A program made the position numbers and the translations under genes. From Octopus sinensis (lineage: Eukaryota), in contig NW_021824065.1 in the NCBI RefSeq assembly GCF_006345805.1, positions 1 to 19,924 of the forward strand: a stretch of 19,924 bases of DNA. Direction: 5' to 3'. Each line of letters opens with the position of its first letter. Positions within the stretch are counted from its first letter, which is position 1. Below the pieces are notes generated by a model. It saw nothing but the letters and a program-made list of their open reading frames with translations, was not told the DNA's origin and made no database searches. Positions 1-10,210 of the stretch are shown piece after piece.

Positions 1-270
1 ACGGTGTTTATTTCGTAGATAGTTTGATTTCATCAGACGGCTTTGACCGATCTGCAGTCGTAATGTTCTTCCTACTTTGAAGGGTATAATTTCAGAGATA
101 TTTCGTTGCTATTTCCTGCAGTAAGCTCTCGTGAACACAGAAGTTCGGATTTGTAAATTCTTAATGTAAATAAAGCTTGGCCAATTCAGCTGACAGGCCT
201 CATGTAGACTGTATCTGTGTTGTTGTTGTTGTCGTTTTTGCTGTATAATCAAACCAGTTTATCCGTGGTA

Positions 271-328
271 AATACACACACATACATATATATTACATTT
301 GCAGATATCCATATACACATGTTTGTGT

Positions 329-394
<66 letters not shown>

Positions 395-566
395 GCGTGT
401 ATCTATCCCTCTCTATATCAATATATACCATACACACATACACCACACATAGATACATATACACATACATACATAGATACATACACACACATACACAAAT
501 ACACACATACACACATACACGCATACATACACACACACATACATACAGACATACTATATAGATCTA

Positions 567-644
<78 letters not shown>

Positions 645-649
645 ATCTA

Positions 650-683
<34 letters not shown>

Positions 684-705
684 TAATATATATATATATA
701 TATCA
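271..705. repeat. Compound microsatellite: (CA)n/(TACA)n, (TA)n, (TG)n and (ATCT)n at about 575-642
   Basis: Directly visible simple repeats; they explain ORFs 249..536 and 380..763. Confidence 0.97.
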
Positions 706-789
706 GAGTTATGATGGCATAAACACGAATTTAGGCCTTATTCAGATTTCAAAAACTTTTTGACAAAACTTTGAGAATTAGATTGCAGA

Positions 790-881
790 TGCTATGTATA
801 TGCATGTATGTACCACACACTACATATACACACACATACAATTATATACATATGTATGTACGTATGTGTGTGTGTGTTGTG

Positions 882-914
<33 letters not shown>

Positions 915-915
915 G
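790..915. repeat. Compound (CA)/(TA)/(TG)n microsatellite
   Basis: Visible tandem dinucleotides. Confidence 0.93.
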
Positions 916-1162
916 TTAGAACCAAATTAATCGAGAAGCAAATTTGCATTTAAGAGCTACCCACCCGTTTGTGACCGCATATTCTATCATATAATTTATA
1001 TGTGTAAATGCAGCGAAGCAATGTTTCCTTTCAACGAGGTTAATCGCATTTCGTTTGAAGAAGAATTGAATTAGCCAAGGGGCGTAAAATTGTTGCGATA
1101 AACAAAATATAGACCTTGAGAATATTATTCACGCACTGACGTGGGTAAATAATATATTTGTG

Positions 1163-1282
1163 CGTATGTATGTATGTATGTATGTATGTATTTATACACA
1201 GGCATAAATATCGTCTGCGGATATGTGTGCATAAATATACATAATACATGTAAATATATGCATATATATAAATACGTATATA

Positions 1283-1345
<63 letters not shown>

Positions 1346-1590
1346 ATATTACATGTATACATAGTACATATATTGTACGTATGTGTATGTCTATATATAG
1401 ATATATATTTGTCCATGTATGCATATATCTGTATTTGTTTATGTATATTTATCTATCTATCTTTCTATCTCTCTCCCCTCTCTTTCTCTCTCTCTCTCTC
1501 TATATATATTATATATATAAATATATAATATATATATGCATACACACACGTGCGCGCGCACACATACACACCCACGCATCCCCCCACACA
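1163..1590. repeat. Compound (GTAT)n, (TA)n, (CT)n, (CA)n microsatellite
   Basis: Visible; explains ORFs 1125..1424, 1174..1620 and 1192..1416. Confidence 0.96.
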
Positions 1591-2083
1591 TATTACTCTT
1601 TCCATCGCATCCTACAGTGAGATTTTAGACAGGTTTGGCAGCTATTTCTTGCAGGTAGAATAACCATGCAAATTCTGCCATTGTTGCACGGTATCTAAAG
1701 TTGCAGCGATTTCGTTCTTTCAATTTTGTCTTAATAAATTATGATCTTTGTAAGCTCTACATTAATTCGTATTACTGAGTGTCGTAGGTGACACTTACAA
1801 ATATTAAAAAAAAGACACAGAATATAGAGTGTGGTTTTTTTTTTTTTAAACTTTATGTATAATACATATCAGCTATGACAAATATCAAAGTGATGGCATC
1901 GGAGCTCAGTGTTAACTTATTTAATGCATTGAAAACTAAAATTTACCCTGCTTCAACGCTTAATTTCATATATGTCTTTACAAAACTGTTTGGTTAATAA
2001 TTCCATATGGTAAGCAGATCAAATCTAACCTCCCTTACCAGTTTTGTGAAGCTTTTGTGAAAGGAATTTCCCAAGAAATTCAA

Positions 2084-2490
2084 GGCGCAGGAGTGGCTGT
2101 GTGGTAAGTAGCTTGCTAACCAACCACATGGTTTCGGGTTCAGTCCCACTGCGTGGTATCTTGGGCAAGTGTCTTCTGTATAGCCCCGGGCCGACCAAAG
2201 CCTTGTGAGTGGATTTGGTTAGACGGAAACTGAAGAAGCCTGTCGTATATATATGTATATATATATGTGTGTTGTGTCTGTGTTTGTCCCCCGAGCATTG
2301 CTTGACACAACCCGATGCTGGGTGTTTACATCCCCGTCACTTAGCGGTTCGGCAAAAGAGACGATAGAATAAGTACTGGGCTTACAAAGAATAATTCCGG
2401 GGTCGATTTTGCTCGACTAAAGGCGGTGCTCCAGCAGGGCCGCAGTCAAATGATTGAAACAAGTAAAAGAGTAAAAGAGTAAAGAGTAAA
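2084..2490 (+). mobile_element. tRNA-derived SINE, family A (full length, internal TA/TG tract, (AAAGAGT)n-like tail)
   Basis: The head GGCGCAGGAGTGGCTGTGTGGTAAG...GGTTCAGTCCC has Pol III A/B-box-like motifs, followed by CTTGGGCAAGTGTCTT. The 3' end GGCGGTGCTCCAGCAGGGCCGCAGTCAAATGATTGAAACAAGTAAAAGAGTAAAAGAGT recurs in inverted, diverged form at 16045-16100. No clear TSD. Octopus SINE families OK/OR1/OR2 are described, but I cannot assign this copy to one of them. Confidence 0.9.
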
Positions 2491-2539
2491 ATACTCTTCG
2501 ATTATTAATCACACGAACCAGGATAGATTTTTCTAACAC

Positions 2540-2740
2540 AAAACATCTTTCACAAATCATCTCGTCGCAAGACGGTTACAGTACGAGTGATTGTAGGAGC
2601 ACTTGAAATTACCAGTAAGGGAACTAAAAATTAGTTCTAAAAAAATTTACACCCTTTATAGAAATAATTAGATACAATCTTTTAAACGATGCTGATAGGA
2701 AGTTAGACAATGATGAAGTAAGGCGATGCTAGTATTTAAC
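2540..2740 (+). mobile_element. Degraded C-terminal fragment of an RLE-type (R4/Dong-like) non-LTR retrotransposon
   Basis: The frame from 2569 reads KTVTVRVIVGALEITSKGTKN*, resembling the recalled C-terminal motif KTTTVPVIVGALG..KG of R4/Dong-type elements. Several stops follow. Confidence 0.55.
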
Positions 2741-3490
2741 ATTATTTCTCTGAATTCTTGAATTGTTTTCTGTCTTATATTTAGTAAGGGGAATGTTTCC
2801 CGAAATATAATATAAGCTTTGAAGAGAATATCTTTCCTTTATTTTTATTTATTGGCGTTAACGTAGTTACTTTACCACATTTCTCAATTCTTAGTGCTCG
2901 CGCGCGTGTAACCATTACACTTCACAATACTTCAAGTAAATTACAAATTAAAATGTTAAATCTTGCCTGAAATCCATTACCTCACTTCTAACTTCGTCCA
3001 TTGCACTTGCCTGCTCCAGAATGATCTACATATTCCCTCGCTGTGTCCTCACTACCACCACACAGCTTCATTGCACCCACGAACCGTATCTTCAGTGGTC
3101 TTGCTCACATTTCACCACCCCTGCACTTACACACACACACAGACACACACACACTTATCAAATAAACACAGCTTCAATATACTCATCTTCACACACCTCT
3201 CTCCCACCACCACTCTAACACTCAAATAGAAATTTCAATTATTTTACAAATAGACACACGTACACATAACTCTACTCACCTACCATATTTCATCTGTTTG
3301 CCACATACACACAAGCATACACACAAGCATGCACACACATACCAACATGTGGACATTTATATACTCACACTTTTTTTTATACAGGCATGCATAAATATAC
3401 AACCGATGAACACGTCTTCAACTAATCGCCCCTATTTCTCTACTTAAAAAGCACACACGAAGTCACACCGTTTCGTGGACACACACATCT

Positions 3491-3830
3491 GAGACCCCCT
3501 TCGGTCACGACACAGACCATGGGATTGCACCTAGAAAGTTACCCTCCCAGGCACAAGTCCGGGCAAGTTTGTTTATGGAAGACCAGCAGTCACCCATGCA
3601 TACCGGCCTCCCCTCTCTACACCACTGATGTTATCCAAGGGAAAGGCAAAGGGGCCAAAACAGCTTGGCACCAGTGACGTCGCAACTCATTTCTACAGCC
3701 ACGTTAACTGGTGCAACGTGAAATAAAGTGTCTTGCTCAAGAACACAATACGCAGCCCGGTTCGGGATTTGAGCTCACAACCTCACGATCGTAAGCTCGA
3801 CGCTCTAACCACTGAGCCATACGCCTTCAC
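3491..3830 (-). mobile_element. tRNA-derived SINE, family E, with an RTE-related body and tail
   Basis: The minus strand reads GTGAAGGCGTATGGCTCAGTGGTTAGAGCG...GAGCTCAAATCC (A and B boxes), then TGTGTTCTTGAGCAAGACACTT. Its 3' ~200 bp aligns with 17315-17510 in this window. Confidence 0.9.
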
Positions 3831-4044
3831 ACACATAAATACATATATCTATACTTCATACACACATGCATACACACACACAGAGGCATACGCACAATTG
3901 TATGCAGACACACACAATCATTGACACACTGACACATTTCATTCTCCTCGACTTCAGCTCAATTTCAATTATTCGTTTCTTTTCTCACTCCGTTCCCCTT
4001 GTCACTTCTGCTTGACCGCTACTCCTAATCAGCTTGTCAATACT

Positions 4045-4078
4045 CACGCAAATGCACACATACACATGTACACACACA

Positions 4079-4160
<82 letters not shown>

Positions 4161-4167
4161 CATACAC
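4045..4167. repeat. (CA)n microsatellite
   Basis: Visible; explains the poly-HT and poly-VC ORFs. Confidence 0.96.
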
Positions 4168-4379
4168 GCCACTCCTACTGCTGCTTCCTTTCTCCACGCG
4201 CCTTTCGAAAAAGACTATATATTCTAGCCCGCCGTTTCTTTTCTCCTTTACGGATTCAATATCTCACTTATTTCGTCTAGTTCGTAGGTTTTACAAGATT
4301 ATTGGACACACGTACACACACACTTATGTATGTTTGGAATTATTTAAATTTATCGTCCTGCCGATAGGTATATCGATGA

Positions 4380-4603
4380 GCTGGTAGAAACGTTAGAACA
4401 CCGGGCGAAATGCTTAGCGGTATTTCGTCTGCCGTTACGTTCTGAGTTCAAATTCCGCCGAGGTCGACTTTGCCTTTCATCCTTTTGGAGTCAATAAATT
4501 AAGTACCAGTCACGCACTGGGGTCGATGTAATCGACTTAATCCCTTTGTCTGTCCTTGTTTATCCTCTCTATGTTTACCCCCTTGTGGGTAATAAAGAAA
4601 TAT
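4380..4603 (+). mobile_element. tRNA-derived SINE, family B1, lacking about 8 nt at the 5' end, with a 12-bp TSD
   Basis: Nearly colinear with 13328-13559. TSD GTATATCGATGA at 4368-4379 and 4604-4615. Confidence 0.93.
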
Positions 4604-4830
4604 GTATATCGATGATAAATATAGACTCTGTTGTCGAGGGGTGGTAAATGTCTCCCCTTGGGATATTTGTTCCTCACCGAATTACAGACGCTATTACAAT
4701 TAGTATCATGTGTCACCAATGATTTCGTTGCTCACAAATTGCGATATAATTATAACTGTCGAATGTATTTAAACTTTTCGTTTTTGGATTTGGTTCGCAA
4801 GATTCTTTATATGAGTTCGTGTGTTGAAGC

Positions 4831-5114
4831 ATATTCTGTTGTGTCTGGGGAGAGTCATTCTCTTTTTGTGCCTTATTATATAACACTCCCACCGGTAAAA
4901 TTTCCACTTTTTTTCTTATTTTTATTGTCCTAAACTTTTCGCTGCGTCTTGCAACCTTTTCAATAGTCTTGACTCAAAACTATTGAAAAGGTTGCAAGAC
5001 GCCACGAAAATTTTAGAAAAATGAAAATTAGAAAAAAGTGGAAATTTTACCGGTGAGTGTGTTACATTATAAGGCACAAAAGGAAAATGACTCTCCCCAG
5101 ACACAACAAAATAT
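4831..5114. mobile_element. ~284-bp foldback/palindromic MITE-like element
   Basis: The two halves are imperfect reverse complements: ATATTCTGTTGTGTCTGGGGAGAGTCATT... pairs with ...AATGACTCTCCCCAGACACAACAAAATAT. The inner stem GCGTCTTGCAACCTTTTCAATAGT / ACTATTGAAAAGGTTGCAAGACGC encloses an 11-nt loop. Confidence 0.8.
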
Positions 5115-6266
5115 TAAAACTTTCTTAGCAACAAGTCCATGCATAACTAAACCATTCTAATTCTAAAATAATCAAATAACAATATGGAACATTTTGCAAA
5201 ATGTGTATTTTTTCTAGAACCAGCCTCTATAGCATTTAGCAACAGTGGTTGATTCTTTATTAGAAGTTCAAGAAATCTAACCAAAATCATTTAAATTGGT
5301 ATTTGCTTGACATTATTTTGTTCATTTAGAAATTCCGAGAAATAGGAAATATTTTAGCGATAAAACTACGTCCGTTTCTATTCTTTGAAAAGATAACGAC
5401 TTTTGACAATAATTATTCTTAACTGGATGCTTAAATATCTATTAGAATGATGTATTTTACTCTGCGTAGTTTTTGACAATGTTGGAAAGGTGATGATAGT
5501 CTTGTTTTATCATAAACATAAAATTCTTCCAAGTCTTAGGTAAATTTGTCCAAACTAGAATGCTTATTAAACACGATAATATGTAAAAAAAAGGGGGTCT
5601 TTGTCCTGTCAACAAAATCAAAAGTGGAATCCATATTTCTTGTGACAAGCGATAATTTAGAATGATTCCCGACGCCAAAGTTTTCCATTTTTTTCCATCT
5701 TTTTTGTTTTATACTGTTGCTGTATAAATAGTTGCGAGAATATTTCTGTTTAATTGTAGTATTTTTCAGGAAGTATTCATTATCAATTATATCACTTTAA
5801 ACGATCCTGTATAAATGTGTATTTAAGAAGTTTATCTTGCATCTAGCTGCTAACTTGATTTCGTGTACATTTTAGATGCTTTAAGGAAGATATTTCCAAC
5901 CATATTTCCGGTTCCTAAACGTTTTGTAAGTATAATTTGGTTGACAGAAACAGAACGGAAGAATAATTAAAATAACTTATTTAGATGAACGAAAATTGTT
6001 CAGCCATAGTTAATATGTATCTATTTATTATTTCATCTAGCAAATTTGAGTCGCTCAGCTCATTACTTCTCCACCTGTTTATAGGGAGAGTAATTTTGTT
6101 CATTTTTTAGGAAGTTATATTGTCGTTTCTAAAAGACTGTTTCGTTCTGTTTATTTGTTAGCTACCAGTTTATAAACCAACAAAACTCCTGTAATTGCTA
6201 CATATGCTGTGTGGCTGAACAAGTTATCATATTTAGTTCTACAGCGGCAGACAATGTGAATAGTAA

Positions 6267-6585
6267 AAAGCAAATCTCTCGTGGAAGCGTCATCCAACCA
6301 AAGTACAAATATATGGGAAACTACCACCTGTATCATCTCTTGTGAAAGGTAGAAGAGTCCAGTTTGCCGGACATTGTTGTAGAGCTGAAAACGAGGTAAT
6401 TTCTACTCTTCTTCTCTGGAAGCCATCTGCTCGTGATACCAGAGGACGCACACTCTCCTACCCTGATGTAATCTCCAGGGATACCGGCATCAAGCAACAG
6501 GACCTCCGTAATGCTATGATGGACCGTGAAGTCTGGCGTAGCATGGTAAATTCCATTGTCTCGACCACGGTCGAACAATGATGAC
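6267..6585 (+). mobile_element. 5'-truncated RTE-clade LINE 3' end (C-terminus of the RT ORF)
   Basis: The frame reads NLSWKRHPTKVQIYGKLPPVSSLVKGRRVQFAGHCCRAENEVISTLLLWKP...RGRTLSYPDVISRDTG...DLRNAMMDREVWRSMV, which fits the RTE-clade C-terminal pattern (RR..FAGH; RGR...D; A.DR..WR). The stop is followed by a short TGA repeat. The frame is closed by TAA at 6264-6266. Confidence 0.88.
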
Positions 6586-6618
6586 TAACGCATTACAGTA
6601 TGTGGTAAATATTCTATA

Positions 6619-6843
6619 AATCCTTAAATCCTTAAAAATGTTTTAGCCCGAAGGCCGCGGCCATGCTGGGGCACCACCACTGTTGAAAGAGAACAGCAGG
6701 GATCAGCCCCCCCCCTGCCGGAGCCTCGTGGAGCTTTTTAGGTGTTTTTGCTCAATAAACACTCACAACGCCCGGTCTGGGAATCGAAACCGCGATCCTA
6801 CGACCGCCAGTCCGCTGCCCTAACCACTGGGCCATTGCGCCTC
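6619..6843 (-). mobile_element. tRNA-derived SINE: family C head joined to a family-A-like 3' end
   Basis: 6684-6843 is the reverse complement of the head at 17007-17170. 6640-6680 reads GGTGGTGCCCCAGCATGGCCGCGGCC on the minus strand, like the family A 3' end. The tail is a TAAGGATT repeat. Possible 7-bp TSD TTCTATA at 6612-6618 and 6844-6850. Confidence 0.85.
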
Positions 6844-7485
6844 TTCTATATTTACATTCTGTTCGTATTCGATACCTATACATTCCTCTGTCGAATTCAG
6901 TATTTTTGAGTATTAGTTGGGGGGGGGGATTTGGTGTGCTGAAGAAAATGTTACATAATACTGTAGTTCGGTATCGATGGATTCTTTGACGCCCTTTTAA
7001 TTGTAGAACCCATAAAAACAATACGATATATGAAACGCTATTATTAACTCCTGTATGGTAAATTAACGTTGAGTATGACAGGAAATGGGAAAAGACAAAG
7101 AGAGGAGAAATCTCTGGGAAGATTCTTGGAGAAAAATAAGGAAAGGCGCTAAAAGAAAAAAATTGAGTTAAAAGATACACTTGAAGATGGTGGCGTCACT
7201 TCAGAACTGAGTGTCACGCTGAAAGTTACCAAAATTGTGGTACCTAAATTAAACCAGTTGTCTAATTGATGGTGAAAGCATCAATAGATTAGTAGAGTGT
7301 TTCAAAATATATTCCACCGAAATAAGGAATATCAGATGAACGTGCAAATTAGTTAGAGGCATCTCACCTCGCAGACATGCTGAACATTGACAATGATGTT
7401 CATGATGTGCATTCCTTGTTTGATGGAAAAATAACTGAAATCATGTCAAATATTGATAACATAAGGGTAGCAGTAATAATGATGA

Positions 7486-7862
7486 CTAGCACTATGACCT
7501 GGCAACGCCGGGTCATAGTGCTAGTGCATGCATATACAGCTGCGTGCGTGCGCACATACACGCGAGTACTGTCCAAATCTCCGACCAATCACATACAGCT
7601 AGCTTGCATTCAATTAGCGTATCAAGTTTCGGGCATTTTGATTGGGTTTTGGATAGAAAATTCGCAAAAAAGTCACTTCTATTGATTTTTTTAATGGCTT
7701 TGCGGGGTAACTGGGGAAATGTAAAGATGTGCACGACCACCATTGGACAGTTTTGAATGACCATAGAACGTGCGAGCCCTCTAACGGAAACATTGTGGAT
7801 TTGTATAAAAGACACACACACACACACACAGGCAGCTATTTTGCCGTTTATATATAGAGAGA
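7486..7862 (-). mobile_element. Non-autonomous Helitron (377 bp)
   Basis: The minus strand starts A|TCTCTCTATATATAAACGGC and ends ...CCCGGCGTTGCCAGGTCATAGTGCTAG|T. This gives a 5' TC, a subterminal hairpin, a 3' CTAG and insertion between A and T without a TSD, plus an internal (CA)n. The empty site restores a (GAT)n run. Confidence 0.82.
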
Positions 7863-8071
7863 TGATGACATTGTGAATGCAAATCAGAAAAGTCCTCATA
7901 GGTGATACGGTGAAAATATCAGTGATCTGTTAATTACTGGGATGATTTGTTAATTACTGGCATGTGAGATCATGGCACTTTACTCAATTAAAGGGAGAAC
8001 AACTACTTAGACATAGGCAATATGAGCAGCTTTCTGGTTCTTCTATCCAAGTTTTACCACTCGACTATTGT

Positions 8072-8375
8072 GTGGAGGCACATGGCCTAACGGTTAGTGC
8101 AGCGGACTCGCGGTCGAGGGATCGTGTGTTCGAATCTCAGACCGGGCGATGTGTGTGTTTATGAGCGAAAACACCTAAGCTCCACGCAGCTCCGGCAGAA
8201 GGTAATGGCAAACTTCTGCTGACTCTTTTACCACAACTTTCTCTCACTTTTTCCTCCTGCATCTAGCAGCTCACCTGCGATGGACCGGCGTCCCGTCCAG
8301 GTGGGAAACCTATACGCCAAGAAACCGGGAAATCGGCCCTTATTAGCCAGGCATGGCTCGAGAATGAACAAACAA
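8072..8375 (+). mobile_element. tRNA-derived SINE, family D, full length with a 13-bp TSD
   Basis: A/B-box head; central CCTGCGATGGACCGGCGTCCCGTCCAGG resembles the V-SINE central domain as I recall it; (AAAC)n tail. TSD ACTCGACTATTGT (8059-8071) / ACTCGATTATTGT (8376-8388). Confidence 0.92.
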
Positions 8376-8714
8376 ACTCGATTATTGTCCAATCCAGAAA
8401 GAGAGCAGAATATCTCAGATCGAACATCGTCCATGTATTTATAGCTTTAATGGTGTTCTCTCAATTTAATTTGAATCCAAGCACCGTCCTAATTCTCCTC
8501 TTGTAATCTTTACCGACTTTCTCTCACATTTCTATTTCGATTATCCTATCGTCTTGCAGCATCTCTACATACTTGTAGGTCACTCACTTTATTTCACAGA
8601 AATCTAATAATGTTGTCTTATGGTAATTTTCTACCGCCAGAATTTATATTCCGCCCACTTTAGATTCTTAATTTTGTACAAACTCAGTATTTTTCATAAG
8701 AGGGTTTTACTCAA

Positions 8715-9155
8715 TACAATCGATCCCTGAACTTGAGCGGCTCTTTGTGGAGGCACATGGGATCGCGGGTCCGAATCTCAGACCGGGCGATGTGTGTGTT
8801 TATGAGCGAAACACCTAAGCTTCACGCTGCTCCGGCAGAAGGTAATGGCGAACTTCTGCTGACTCTTTCGCCACAGCTTTCTCTCACTCTTTCCTCCTGC
8901 ATCTTGCAGCTCACCTGCGACGGACCGGCGTCCCGTCCAGGTGGGGAACCTATACGCCAAGTAAACCGAGGAAACCGGCCCTTATGAGCCAGGCATGGCT
9001 CGAGAAGGAACAAACAATAGCGGCTCTTTGTCAAATCGACCAAGATAATCTGCAAGGCAAAGTAGTTCTCGTCAGGATTTGAACTCAGAATATGAAAAGC
9101 CATAAGTTAATATTGCAAGGTACTTTTCTCCGAGGCGCAAACACAGTGCGCTACT
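8715..9155 (-). mobile_element. Old, diverged family-B SINE interrupted by the family D copy at 8749-9018
   Basis: 9035-9100 on the minus strand reads TTCTGAGTTCAAATCCTGACGAGAACTACTTTGCCTTGC, versus family B TTCTGAGTTCAAATTCCGCCGAGGTCGACTTTGCCTTTC. Weak similarity continues on the other side of the insertion (TACAATCGATCCC). Confidence 0.5.
8749..9018 (+). mobile_element. tRNA-derived SINE, family D, with a 34-nt deletion in the head and a perfect 13-bp TSD
   Basis: Colinear with 8072-8375. TSD AGCGGCTCTTTGT at 8736-8748 and 9019-9031. Confidence 0.93.
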
Positions 9156-9464
9156 ACCATCATGACACAACTGTTCTATATTTGCAGATGAACATTTGGA
9201 TTCAGCGTTTCTTCAGTACAGCCGAGCTTTATTTAAAGGAAAATTGTTTATGTATTACGAGAAATTGTATTTATATTTATATTAATGGCATTGAGTTCAA
9301 AAAGGTCACAGTCATTTGTGGTTATATGAATTATATATAATGGAAGGAAACTGGATAACGTTGGCAATGATGATAATAGCGCTCTTTGCGTCGAGTGGAG
9401 GGCAGAGCAACAGGGAGTTCCAGATTGTGCATTTAAATTCCTATTACTTGCGTGCAAAGTCTTG

Positions 9465-9465
<1 letters not shown>

Positions 9466-9505
<40 letters not shown>

Positions 9506-9614
9506 TGTGTGTGTATGTGTGTGTGTGTCAGTGTGTATACATATGTATATGTGTATATATACGTATACATATATATCTGTATATACATATATATATATAC
9601 ATATATCATATACA

Positions 9615-9668
<54 letters not shown>

Positions 9669-9743
9669 ATATAATATATATATGTATAAATACATTACAT
9701 ATATATATGTGTATAAATGCATATGTGTATATATGTCTGTATG

Positions 9744-9813
<70 letters not shown>

Positions 9814-9900
9814 CTGTGTGTGTGCTGATATGTATATATAATTATGAATACACATACATACATACATACACACAAACGCACACAGACAAACGTGCAAACA
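9466..9900. repeat. Compound (TG)n/(TA)n/(CT)n/(TACA)n microsatellite
   Basis: Visible. Confidence 0.96.
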
Positions 9901-9965
9901 AACGTATACACAAATCAAACTACAAAAAAATATTCTGCCTCATCATCAAAATTATAAAATGTTAT

Positions 9966-10210
9966 CCCCCTCCTTCTCCTCCTCCTCCCGCTTCTCCTGC
10001 TGCTGCCCGTCCTCATCTTCTTTTTCTTCTTCTTCTTCTTCCTCCTCTTCTCCTTCTTCCTCCTCCTCTTCTCCTTCATCCTCCTCTTCATCTTCTTCTT
10101 CCTCCTCTTCTCCTTCTTCCTCCTCCTCTTCTCCTTCATCCTCCTCTTCATCTTCTTCTTCCTCCTCTTCCTCTTCTTCTTCCTCCTTCTCTTCATCTTC
10201 CTCCTCCTCA
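9966..10210. repeat. Polypyrimidine/polypurine (TCY)n triplet tract with a perfect 60-bp higher-order duplication
   Basis: 10031-10110 is identical to 10091-10170. Confidence 0.93.

Noticed and set aside
249-1620. Long ORFs rich in YI/HT/VC/LS dipeptides (also 3985-4387, 9248-9911, 15172-15485, 18887-19254)
   Set aside because: They are translations of di- and tetranucleotide microsatellites, which lack stop codons in most frames.
2084-2160. tRNA genes at tRNA-like heads (also near 3760-3830, 6780-6843, 8072-8140, 13328-13410, 17007-17070)
   Set aside because: Each continues into a repeated SINE body and tail, often with TSDs, and none gives a clean cloverleaf with a Pol III terminator.
2963-3125. 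GC-richer island, possibly an exon or TE fragment
   Set aside because: No recognisable motif in any frame, no paired splice sites and no second copy in the window.
7377-7899. ORFs 7377..7685, 7400..7588, 7513..7899, 7544..7756 and 7614..7829 as genes
   Set aside because: They overlap the non-autonomous Helitron and show no protein-family motif.
7923-7960. 20-bp-period tandem duplication TGAT(C/T)TGTTAATTACTGG
   Set aside because: Real but an ordinary two-copy slippage duplication with nothing to suggest function.
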